From a virus: a DNA stretch of 64,000 nucleotides. Below, one piece after another: positions 18,682-27,900 of this stretch. The stretch covers positions 1-64,000 of the IMG/VR virus record IMGVR_UViG_3300031839_002042. The stretch is one strand, 5' to 3'. Positions within the stretch are counted from its first letter, which is position 1; every line of letters starts with the position of its first letter. The notes beneath the pieces were generated by a model. That model had not been told where the DNA came from. It did not search any database and saw only the letters and a program-made list of their open reading frames with translations. A program made the translations under genes and the position numbers.

Positions 18682-18761
18682 GATTCCTGATTGTTTAGTT
18701 TAACCCCTATCCGTGGGTGATTCCTGATTGATTACCCAATATTAACTGATAGTTATATTAT

Positions 18762-18823
18762 TTGCAACATTTAGAGTAAAAAAAATTAAGAAAAATATTG
18801 CTATCTTTCCGCTAAATGTTGCA
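18762..18823. promoter_or_regulatory. 13-bp inverted repeat TTGCAACATTTAG ... CTAAATGTTGCA bracketing the region just upstream of terS
   Basis: Arms at 18762-18774 and 18812-18823 (12/13 complementary), ending 4 nt before the terS ATG. Confidence 0.4.
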
Positions 18824-18826
18824 GAC

Positions 18827-19423
18827 ATGGCGCAAAAGAAAGAAATAGAGCTTATCACAGGGGAAATTATCACGCTTTCAGAGCGTGAATTACTCTTTGC
18901 TGACACATACCTAGCTGATGCGAAAAGAAATGGTGCAAACGCTGCTATTATGGTTGGATATAGCCCGAGAACGGCCAAAGTCACTGCTTCACAGCTATTA
19001 ACCAAACCTAACCTCCTTAAATACATAGAATCAAAGACTAAACCGATGCTGGAAGCTCTTGGAGTTACCCAGGAGCGGTTGATTCGTGAGAGGGCTAGTA
19101 TGGCCTTTACGAATATAACTGACTTGGTAGATGACGATTGGAGGCTTAAGAAACCGAGTGAGATAGATCCTAAGCATTATCCTGCATTGAACAGCGTAGA
19201 GATCGAGGAAAAGGTATTGATAAAGGATGAGGATGATAAGGAAGGCATAGTAATCAGCAGAAAGATCAAGTACAAGCTTGCGGACAAAGACAAATCATTG
19301 ACTGTCCTGGAAGATCTTACTGGCTTGATCAAAAAGAGCGAGGATAAATCTGGAGAGGGAGGCTCGGTAGTGAATAATATCACAATAAATCAGCAGATCA
19401 ATAATCAATACAATTCGAGATAG
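18827..19423 (+). CDS. terS: terminase small subunit (Terminase_2 / P27 family)
   Basis: LSERELLFADTYLADAKRNGANAAIMVGYSPRTAKVTASQLLTKPNLLKYI matches the conserved Terminase_2 N-terminal DNA-binding region. Confidence 0.75.
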   Translation: MAQKKEIELITGEIITLSERELLFADTYLADAKRNGANAAIMVGYSPRTAKVTASQLLTKPNLLKYIESKTKPMLEALGVTQERLIRERASMAFTNITDLVDDDWRLKKPSEIDPKHYPALNSVEIEEKVLIKDEDDKEGIVISRKIKYKLADKDKSLTVLEDLTGLIKKSEDKSGEGGSVVNNITINQQINNQYNSR

Positions 19424-19522
19424 GAAAAGTGCAACTTAAAAAGTTGCTAGGTCAGGAAATTTCCCAGTGAAACACCAAGAAGAATCAATTAAGTATAATT
19501 TTAACTATAAAAAATAGTATTA

Positions 19523-19864
19523 ATGAAACAATCAACATTTAAACAAACATTTCTTTCCAAAGGAAAAAATGGAGAGGCACAAGGTGGGATTGTTGTGACA
19601 ATGAATTACACAACTAAAAACATTGAAGGAACAAACGCTATAACTCACGATGACTATGTTAAAAATAAGCCTCTGCATAAAATAGAAGCTTATGTGGACG
19701 GAAAATTATGGGATAGCGTTCTTGGGCTAGATAGTGAAAACATGGTGGAGAATGAAGCTCAGATAATGAAGGAAAAGCTTGAAAAGCATCTTGATACAAT
19801 ATCTAATTCTGAACCTGTAAAATCATTCGTTGAAAAAATGAATGATTTAGGATTTAAATCATAG
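19523..19864 (+). CDS. hypothetical protein
   Basis: 113-aa ORF followed by a short GC hairpin and TTTAATT. Confidence 0.45.
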   Translation: MKQSTFKQTFLSKGKNGEAQGGIVVTMNYTTKNIEGTNAITHDDYVKNKPLHKIEAYVDGKLWDSVLGLDSENMVENEAQIMKEKLEKHLDTISNSEPVKSFVEKMNDLGFKS

Positions 19865-19891
19865 CCCTTCGGGGCTTTTAATTCTTGAAAT

Positions 19892-20194
19892 ATGAGTTTA
19901 ACAACAGATAGAAATGACCCAAAACTTAAAGAGGGGCAACAAAACGAAACAGGACAGCATGATATTTATTTAGTGCTATCTGATGAAGAGAAATCAAAAG
20001 GATTTGTGAGGCCAGTAAGAAGAACTTATGTCCATTCTAAGTGTGGCGCAGCTACAACAATGGCTCAATCTATTGCTGAAACCTATGCAAGAGATCCTAA
20101 ATTCTACGGTAGAACATTTTGCATGGGTTGTTATACGCATCTTCCAGTGGATGAATTCACTTGGAGTGGTACTGATGAAAAAGTAGGATCATGA
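19892..20194 (+). CDS. hypothetical Cys-containing protein
   Basis: 100 aa; SKCGAATTMAQ ... CMGCY suggests a small zinc-binding domain. Confidence 0.45.
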   Translation: MSLTTDRNDPKLKEGQQNETGQHDIYLVLSDEEKSKGFVRPVRRTYVHSKCGAATTMAQSIAETYARDPKFYGRTFCMGCYTHLPVDEFTWSGTDEKVGS

Positions 20195-20409
20195 AAAAGA
20201 TAGGAGTGACTTGCGACCTGTATAAGGTCAAGAAATTTAGGAGAGGGCTTCAAAAAGATGGTTTTGACTTTGATTTTGATGGTCCAAGTGGTATAGCTGG
20301 AGTTCATTTGTTTCGTGTTCAAACGACAGAAGAAGAATTTGAATCTACAAAATCAAAGCTTTCTAGAACATTGCAGAGACTTGAATTAGAAGTTAAAAGA
20401 TCGAATTGA
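20191..20409 (+). CDS. hypothetical protein
   Basis: 72-aa ORF overlapping the previous stop (ATGA). Confidence 0.4.
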   Translation: MKKIGVTCDLYKVKKFRRGLQKDGFDFDFDGPSGIAGVHLFRVQTTEEEFESTKSKLSRTLQRLELEVKRSN

Positions 20410-20709
20410 ATGAATATCCCTAAACGATTTCAACTATTTGCCACAGTCTATGAAGTCATGTTCGACACTTACAGATTATCGAAGGAAGGTAGTTTGGGTG
20501 AATGTGATTGGCAGTTCGGTAAGATTTACCTTACTGAATCACTTGATGATAAGTTGTTAGATGAAAGTACTCTTTTAGATAATTTCTATCATGAGAAAGT
20601 ACATGCGATTCTAAGATCTATGGGTGAGCACAAACTTTCTAGGGATGAAAAGTTTGTAGAGATATTTTCCAGGCTTTTACGGCAATCAGACGAAACAACG
20701 GAGATATGA
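20410..20709 (+). CDS. hypothetical protein
   Basis: 99-aa ORF. Confidence 0.4.
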   Translation: MNIPKRFQLFATVYEVMFDTYRLSKEGSLGECDWQFGKIYLTESLDDKLLDESTLLDNFYHEKVHAILRSMGEHKLSRDEKFVEIFSRLLRQSDETTEI

Positions 20710-20909
20710 TTATTAATCCTAAATATGAAATAGGACAAATAGTCTATTTAAAAACTGATTTAGATCAATTACCAAGGATAGTCTTTGGCTACATCATCTA
20801 TAGATCAGTTGAGATTATTTACAAAATAGCGCATGGAACGAATAATTCAGAGCATTACGAATTTGAGTTGAGCGATGAAAAGGATGTTTTATTGAAATTA
20901 ACTAATTGA
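20706..20909 (+). CDS. hypothetical protein
   Basis: 67-aa ORF. Confidence 0.35.
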   Translation: MIINPKYEIGQIVYLKTDLDQLPRIVFGYIIYRSVEIIYKIAHGTNNSEHYEFELSDEKDVLLKLTN

Positions 20910-22903
20910 CCAAACCCATTCTAAATATCATTGAAGAGAACGAGCGCAGAAAAGCTTTGTTATTCGCCCACTACGATCCAGTAATGGGCGAAGGTTCTCC
21001 ATTGCGTAGATTTCCATTTTTTGTAACATCACAGCAGTCCAGACCTGTTATGTTGCCTATCTCCATGATATCACTTCCTGAAATTGTCCAGGTGATGGAG
21101 GCCGAGGCACGTTCTGCAGAGAATTACGCTATTGACAATGGATTGGATCCAGAGGTTTTCACTAGTGCCATCAACGAGGCAAGATTTGACCATGATTTTG
21201 AGTTCTGGGCAGCAATGACCGTCAAAATCAAGCCAAAGGAAGGAGGAAAACATATTCCTTTTGTGTTGAATGGACCACAGCGGAAACTATTGGCTACACT
21301 GGAAGCTATGAGGCATGAAGGAGTTCCTATTCGTGTTATCATCCTGAAAGCCCGTCAGTGGGGTGGTTCTACACTGGTGCAGATCTACATGGCGTGGATC
21401 CAGATACGGCACAAAACCAACTGGAATTCCCTGATTGCTGCACACATCAACCAGGCAGCTACCAACATTCGTTCGATGTATAAAACATTGGCGCAGTATT
21501 ACCCACTTGACAAAATAGCATTATCCCCATTTGAAGGCACCCAGAATATCAAGATCATACGAAAGCGTGACAATAAGATCACGATTGGATCTATGCAGAC
21601 TCCTGAATCCATACGTTCGGATGATATTGCAATGGCCCACCTTTCAGAAGTTGGTTTGTGGATAAAAACCAAAGGAAAAAAGCCAGAAGATTTGATTCAG
21701 TCTATCCTAGGAACTATCCCTGCCCTACCTTTATCCATGGTTGTGATGGAATCCACCGCTAAAGGCGTGGGCAACTTCTTCCATCAAACATGGTTGGATG
21801 CCAAGAAAAAAGGGACTTATCGACCTGTTTTTGTAGCGTGGTTTGAGATTCAGACTTATTTCATGCCATTCAAGGATGAATTGGAGAAAGCACAGCTGAT
21901 TGCAACCATGGATGAATATGAGTTGTACCTTTGGAGTATTGGGGCAACATTGGAAGGGATCAAGTGGTACCGGTTCAAAAAGGGTGAATACAGAAATAAT
22001 ACAGTCAGTATTGCATCCGAATTCCCAAGCGATGAAATAGAGGCATTCCAAAGTTCCGGAGCTAGATTTTTTTCTGTTTCCACTATTCAAAAAGCAAGAA
22101 GATACAACCGACCTCCATTGTTTGTTGGCGATGTGTTTGCAGATGCTTTGCGTGGACCTGAATCACTCAAAAACATCAAAATAGAACCAGAAAACCAAGG
22201 GCGATTGTCAGTATGGTCAATGCCTGAAACATTCACAGATGTCAAGTACACGAATAGATATGTTGTTTCAGTGGATATTGGCGGTCGAAGCAAGGAAGCG
22301 GATGATTCTGTAATCAAGGTCTATGATCGATTTTGGTTGATGGAAGGAGGTATTCTAGAACTGGCTGCATGTTGGGCAGGAAAGATTGATTTTGACCATT
22401 TGGCATGGAAGGCAGTACAGATTTGTAAGCTGTATGACAATGCTTTTATGGTACCTGAGATCAACAAAATGCGTGAGAATTCAAATACAGATGATTTTGA
22501 TGAAGGGGATCAATTCTACACATTGATTGATGAAGTGTTGGAATTTTATGACAACATTTTCTGTAGAACTACTCCAGAGCAAGTAAGGCAGGGGCTTCCT
22601 AAAGCATGGGGTTTCCATACAAACCGTCAGACAAAACCAATGATCCTAAATACATTGAATGCAGCATACAGGGATGATCAGGTTGCAAACTATGATGTAA
22701 GATCCATGGATCAGGCAGACAGTTTTGAAATCAAAGGAAATGGTTCTACTGGTGCGGTAGAAGGTGCACATGATGACCATGTTATTGCCGATGGGATTGG
22801 AGTTTGGGCAGCGTTAAAACATATGCCTCCAGTAGTAGAGGTAAAAATCAATGCTGAAAGATCAATCAAGCGAAGAAAACTGAACGAAGCTAGTTTTAAC
22901 TAA
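20906..22903 (+). CDS. terL: terminase large subunit
   Basis: 665 aa; P-loop-like VIILKARQWGGSTLVQ is typical of terminase ATPase domains; acidic nuclease-like C-terminal half; follows terS. The track start is a TTG. Confidence 0.7.
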   Translation: MTKPILNIIEENERRKALLFAHYDPVMGEGSPLRRFPFFVTSQQSRPVMLPISMISLPEIVQVMEAEARSAENYAIDNGLDPEVFTSAINEARFDHDFEFWAAMTVKIKPKEGGKHIPFVLNGPQRKLLATLEAMRHEGVPIRVIILKARQWGGSTLVQIYMAWIQIRHKTNWNSLIAAHINQAATNIRSMYKTLAQYYPLDKIALSPFEGTQNIKIIRKRDNKITIGSMQTPESIRSDDIAMAHLSEVGLWIKTKGKKPEDLIQSILGTIPALPLSMVVMESTAKGVGNFFHQTWLDAKKKGTYRPVFVAWFEIQTYFMPFKDELEKAQLIATMDEYELYLWSIGATLEGIKWYRFKKGEYRNNTVSIASEFPSDEIEAFQSSGARFFSVSTIQKARRYNRPPLFVGDVFADALRGPESLKNIKIEPENQGRLSVWSMPETFTDVKYTNRYVVSVDIGGRSKEADDSVIKVYDRFWLMEGGILELAACWAGKIDFDHLAWKAVQICKLYDNAFMVPEINKMRENSNTDDFDEGDQFYTLIDEVLEFYDNIFCRTTPEQVRQGLPKAWGFHTNRQTKPMILNTLNAAYRDDQVANYDVRSMDQADSFEIKGNGSTGAVEGAHDDHVIADGIGVWAALKHMPPVVEVKINAERSIKRRKLNEASFN

Positions 22904-23053
22904 AAAAAGCCATCCCGAAGCGGAACAGCTTTTATCAATGAACAAAACCAACGTAACTATGACTATCTGATGTAAAAATACTTTTTTATGTTGCGGATGC
23001 AACATTTTAATGAAAATTCATGTAATTTAATGCCCACATAATCAGCCAAATTA

Positions 23054-23086
23054 GGCCACACTCTTTCGGGAGTTGTGGCCTTTTTT
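23054..23086 (+). terminator. rho-independent terminator after terL
   Basis: GGCCACA-ctctttcgggagt-TGTGGCC followed by TTTTTTGC. Confidence 0.65.
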
Positions 23087-23105
23087 GCTTTAAACCTAAG
23101 TCAAT

Positions 23106-23606
23106 ATGTTACCAGCACTAGTAGCAGCAGCACCAGCCATTATTTCAGGCATTTCCAGAATATTTGGCAACAAACGAGCTAAGAAGCAAGAAGGGCAAGC
23201 TTCAGAAGGACTTAGCCAATTAGTTGAGCTATTTAAATCCCAGCTAGGACAGGATTATTTTGATTCTGCAGAGGCCAAAGGTGCAGTAAATGCAATCACG
23301 GCCAATGAGCAGGAAAATCTAAACCAGATTGATGCAGCAGGAGCTATCAACGGATTAACCGATGAAGCTAAAATTTCCATGAAAGGAAAGCAGAACAAAG
23401 CTACAGCCAGCGCATTTGCTGACTTGTCACGGTCTGCAAACCTTTGGAAACAGCGAAACCAGCAGATGTACCAAAGCTCACTAGGGCAATTGTTTGGAGT
23501 AGGTCAGAAAAACAGACAGAACTTCAATGACTCTATTAGCAACATTGTTCAGCCATTGCAGAGTAGTGTTGATGGTGCTATGAATGCAGGTTTGTTTGAC
23601 AATTAA
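23106..23606 (+). CDS. putative virion internal protein with hydrophobic N-terminus
   Basis: 166 aa; N-terminus MLPALVAAAPAIISGI is hydrophobic; Gln/Asn/Ala-rich; sits directly upstream of the giant gene. Confidence 0.4.
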   Translation: MLPALVAAAPAIISGISRIFGNKRAKKQEGQASEGLSQLVELFKSQLGQDYFDSAEAKGAVNAITANEQENLNQIDAAGAINGLTDEAKISMKGKQNKATASAFADLSRSANLWKQRNQQMYQSSLGQLFGVGQKNRQNFNDSISNIVQPLQSSVDGAMNAGLFDN

Positions 23607-23617
23607 TCCATAAAACT

Positions 23618-24925
23618 ATGCAGACTAGCGCAGCAGCATTCAACCACAAAAAAAGGTTAGGAGATCCTGCAAAGGATTTGGCAGATGCTATAAATGGGAA
23701 GAAGCTTCAATTAACAGATAATGGATTTGATGCTTCCACTATTCCTGTTTTTCAAGGTTCGAACCAAGTTAAAGAAGCTCAGCAAGTAACTGAAACGAAA
23801 CCTGCATCCCCATCTACCGCAGATTTTCTTTCTTCTATCGTGAATGGAGGTTCAAGATACACTCCTATTCAGAATACAGAAGAGCCAGTTCAGGACGAAG
23901 CTCTACAAGAGAAAATCAAACGTAGGGCAAAAATGAAGCTCATTGGAACAGCGATTGGCAGTTTAGGACAATTGGGAGGTGTAGCAGCTGGAGGTGATGC
24001 TACCAGGTTGGAAGATGGTGTTACTCCTTGGAATTTAAATCAATTACAAATTGCAGATGCAGACTATCGTGATCGTCTGAGAAGTTGGATTGACAGAGGT
24101 TTTACAGTCGATATGTATAACAACCGTCTACAAAATCAAGAAGCTTCAGAGAATTATGAAACTGGTGTAAGACAAGATCAGGCAGCACAAAAAGCCCAAT
24201 ATGATGCCCAATTGGCTGAACAGAGAGCTCAAGCAGCTTTAAATCAACTTACGGCCAAATCTGCCATAGAACAACGTGAGGATATGGCAAAACTGGGAAT
24301 CAATCCAGATGATCCTACAGCACTCGAGCAGTTTTTAGACCTCAACAGAAAGAAATTCGGGGCTGACATGAATTTGACACAAGCCCGGACAAACTCATAC
24401 AATCGATCAAATACTAAATCATCCGATAAAAATTTTGATTTGGATGCTATGAGAAGAGGCCGTGATGCCATGATCATGGATGAAGAGAAAAAACTTCAAG
24501 GATTAGATCCTATTGAGGATGCTGAAAAAATAAAAGCCATCAATGAGAGAATTGCTACGATTCGGAAGCATAATCCTGGTAGTAATGAACTATTGGATGA
24601 TGATATTTTAAAAAGGGCCTCCCAAATAGGAAATAAAGAACCTATCAACTCAGGAAGGGCCGTTCAATTTGATCAAGAACGAGGATTCACCAATATCCCT
24701 AAATCCCAGGATAAAATTTATCAAAACAATAAAAAGTCAGAGATAGAAAAATCTCTTGAAACCAGTGTAAACCAACTTATTTCCCCATCCTTTCAGAAAA
24801 TGGATCAAGTTTCACAAGGACAGATCTTTAATCAAATAATAATGGGTTTACTCGAGTCTGGTGAAGTTCAAACAGAAGCAGAGGCGGAAGCATACATACT
24901 TGAAATCTTAGAAGGCAACAATTAA
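23618..24925 (+). CDS. putative internal/ejection protein (Gln-rich, coiled-coil)
   Basis: 435 aa, low complexity with a coiled-coil centre; its stop abuts the giant ORF start (2-nt gap). Confidence 0.45.
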   Translation: MQTSAAAFNHKKRLGDPAKDLADAINGKKLQLTDNGFDASTIPVFQGSNQVKEAQQVTETKPASPSTADFLSSIVNGGSRYTPIQNTEEPVQDEALQEKIKRRAKMKLIGTAIGSLGQLGGVAAGGDATRLEDGVTPWNLNQLQIADADYRDRLRSWIDRGFTVDMYNNRLQNQEASENYETGVRQDQAAQKAQYDAQLAEQRAQAALNQLTAKSAIEQREDMAKLGINPDDPTALEQFLDLNRKKFGADMNLTQARTNSYNRSNTKSSDKNFDLDAMRRGRDAMIMDEEKKLQGLDPIEDAEKIKAINERIATIRKHNPGSNELLDDDILKRASQIGNKEPINSGRAVQFDQERGFTNIPKSQDKIYQNNKKSEIEKSLETSVNQLISPSFQKMDQVSQGQIFNQIIMGLLESGEVQTEAEAEAYILEILEGNN

Positions 24926-24926
24926 A

Positions 24927-27900
24927 ATGGAGCAAAACAATCCAGCAAACAATGATCTGCTTAAAAAAATCCGTGAAGCAAGGAAAGCAGCATCAAATCA
25001 GACCGACAAGGCAAGTTCAGATCTTAAAAATGCTACTCAAGATCCAGCTAAGAAATCAAATCCGCTTCTAAAGTTTGTTCAAAAACCACAAACTAACACT
25101 GCATTCACCCAGCCAGATACTTTTTCAAACCCTGTTCCACGAGAGCCACAAGCGGAACAGGGCTTTTCTACTCCTAGCCCATTGGTTAGTGATGGTTATC
25201 AAACCGTTACCAAACCATTGCCAAACCCTTCCAAACCATCCAATGTAAGAACACTGGATCAATTTAAGCCGTCTCTTCCTGTTTCAGAGATTCCAAGTCA
25301 AAACCCTACTTATAGAATACTTGGAGACCGTGATCTAAGCAGGGAAGAAACCATGCAGATGATTAGTCAGGCAAAATCAATGAAAGATCTGGAAAGGTTG
25401 CAAGTTGATAATGATCCTGAAGTAATGCAGGGATTTGAAAAAAGGATCAATGAGTTTAAAAATCAATCTTCTCAAACGCAGGTACCAGCCGAAAAACCTG
25501 TGATTGATAAACCTTGGTGGGAAGATACTTGGGATGGAATTAGATCCGGTACCAGATCGGCACTTTCTGCATTGTATGAAGGAGGTTCTGAAATAGCTGA
25601 TTATGTAGGAACTGGTGGACCAATGAACCCTAATTCTATTGGCCAATACAATATGATCAAGCAATTGCAAGCAAAAGGTTTGCGAGGTGCTGGATTAGGC
25701 GCAGGATTGAGAGAAATGGCCGACACAGAAAAGAAACGTGCGGATATCATCAACTCACAAGCAGACACTGAAAGTATAGGCTTCTTTGCAGGACAAATGA
25801 TGCCTTATGTTGCAGGAAGTGCTGCAGCAATTGCTTCGGCTCCAATTTCAGCACCATTGGCAGCAGGTTTGGGCACCGCAAACGTAGGTGCACTTGCTTT
25901 GGCTTCCGTTGGTTCTGGTTTGCAGACTTATGATCAATACAAGGCTGAAAAAGGTCAAGAAGTAGACCCTTATGCACGTCTGGGAGTTGGTCTTTTATAT
26001 GGCGGTGCAGAATTCGCCATGGAAAGGCTATCCCTGAATAAGTTGATGCCTAAGCAGTTCAAAGGAAAGGTAGCCTCAGCTATGTTCGGTGCTGTTCCTG
26101 GTGAAGTGATGGAGAAAGAGGCAAAACAACTGGTTGAAGAATTTGCTAATTCTAATTCCAGCAGAAAAGCAATGATAGATGGATTGCTTAAAGATACCGG
26201 GAAAGGTGTAATAGTAGAAGGATCCACCGAAGCAGCTACCGAAGTAGCCCAAGAATTCACCAATTGGTTGTATTACGAGAAAGAAGATAGAGGTAACTGG
26301 GAAGAACTTGCCAAAAATACCGCTACTGCATTTGCAGGAGGTGCATTGATGGGTGCAGGTTTAGGACCATTATCATATGGTTCTCAACGTTTGGTCAACA
26401 ACAAACGCAGGGAGCAAGCTGGTAAAGTTGTGATTGCACAGAATAGCAATACTGGTGAGGCAGTGGAGATTGTTGGAATATCCGGCCAGAAACCTAAGTC
26501 AGGTAAAAAATCCACAAGTTCCGGAAGTGTAGAAGGTACCGTTGGTTCATCATTAACCTATGATGTAATCCGTCCAAATGGCAGGGTTGCTCAATTAACC
26601 GAAGATGAAGTAGGTGAAGTGATAGAACTTCCTACAGATGTTTTCAAAGGTTTGCTTAACGGGAAAGTTGATGGTCAGTCTGCAGTAGAATCACGGTTGA
26701 ATCAAGAGATAGGCAGTGTAGCCCAGAACCAAGAAGAGGAATTTAAAGCCAAATACGAGCCATATACCTACAATGATCCTATCAATGGTCAGATGATCGC
26801 CATGGGTAAAAGAAATGGAGTTCCTGTTTATATCAAAACACAGACTCCAAACGGATTTCTCATTGTAGATGAAGAAGGTGTAGAAACTTTGGTGCCTCAG
26901 CAAGCATTAACAGAAGTTACACAGATGCCATTCGGTGCATTCCTGGAAACAAATGCTCCTGTTTCTCCTGAAACAGCACCTCCTTTTGATCCTACCAACC
27001 CGATTCAAGTAGGAGAACCAATAAATTATCAAGATGAAAACTGGATAGTGACTGGAATTGATATGGATTCAGGCACAATTCAACTTGAATCAGAGGATTC
27101 AGACGGAATTTTTGAAACTGTTCCAGTTGACTTGCTTCAGCAGTTGAGAAAACCAAAAGAAGAATTGCTTCAAGAATCAACCATGGACTTGGATAGTACT
27201 GGAGCAGGAAAACTCAGAAATATTTTTTCTACTGGTGATCAGGTAAAACTTGAAACCAAAGAATCAAAACTATCCGATTCAAGTCCATTCATGATTCAAG
27301 AAACATTGGACAATGTAGCTTCAAAGCTTGGTATTCCAGCTTTTAAAGCAGGTTCTGTTCATTTTTCTAAAGCGGAAGCTGAATCAAGGAAATGGCTTGT
27401 AGAAAACCTTGGTGAAAAAGGCGATGAAATTGCTGATATCATGGAGTTTCCTCAAGCAGCGAACAGATTAATCGACAGGATTATTCAGACAAAGAAAGTT
27501 GATTCAAAAAGCAATAATTCACAAACCACAACCATAAATGAGCCAATACAGCAAACCGAACCGCAGCAACAAACAGGACAAATTGATGTCCAAGAGGAAA
27601 AAAACCAAGAAAACAGCACCGAAGCATCCGAAGGACAAAAAGGGCTGGAAGGATCAGGAATAAACCAGAATGAAATTGATCGAATAAATTCTGAAAGCCA
27701 ATGGGAAGATGTTAAAACAGCATCAACCAGCGAGGATCTAGCAGAATTGTATGATGTGGAAGTCCAAAACTTGGAAGGTATTAACCCGATCGATAATGCT
27801 ATTGCACAGGTAATAGGTAAAGTCAACCCTGAATCATACGCTAGGTTTGGTGATAGGAACAATATTTCCAAAGGAAGTGCCGGTAATTGGATTTCTAAGA

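Noticed and set aside
18742-19026. Minus-strand 94-aa ORF overlapping the terS promoter and 5' end
   Set aside because: Hydrophobic low-complexity translation antisense to a well-supported terS; lacks the start context seen at real minus-strand genes.
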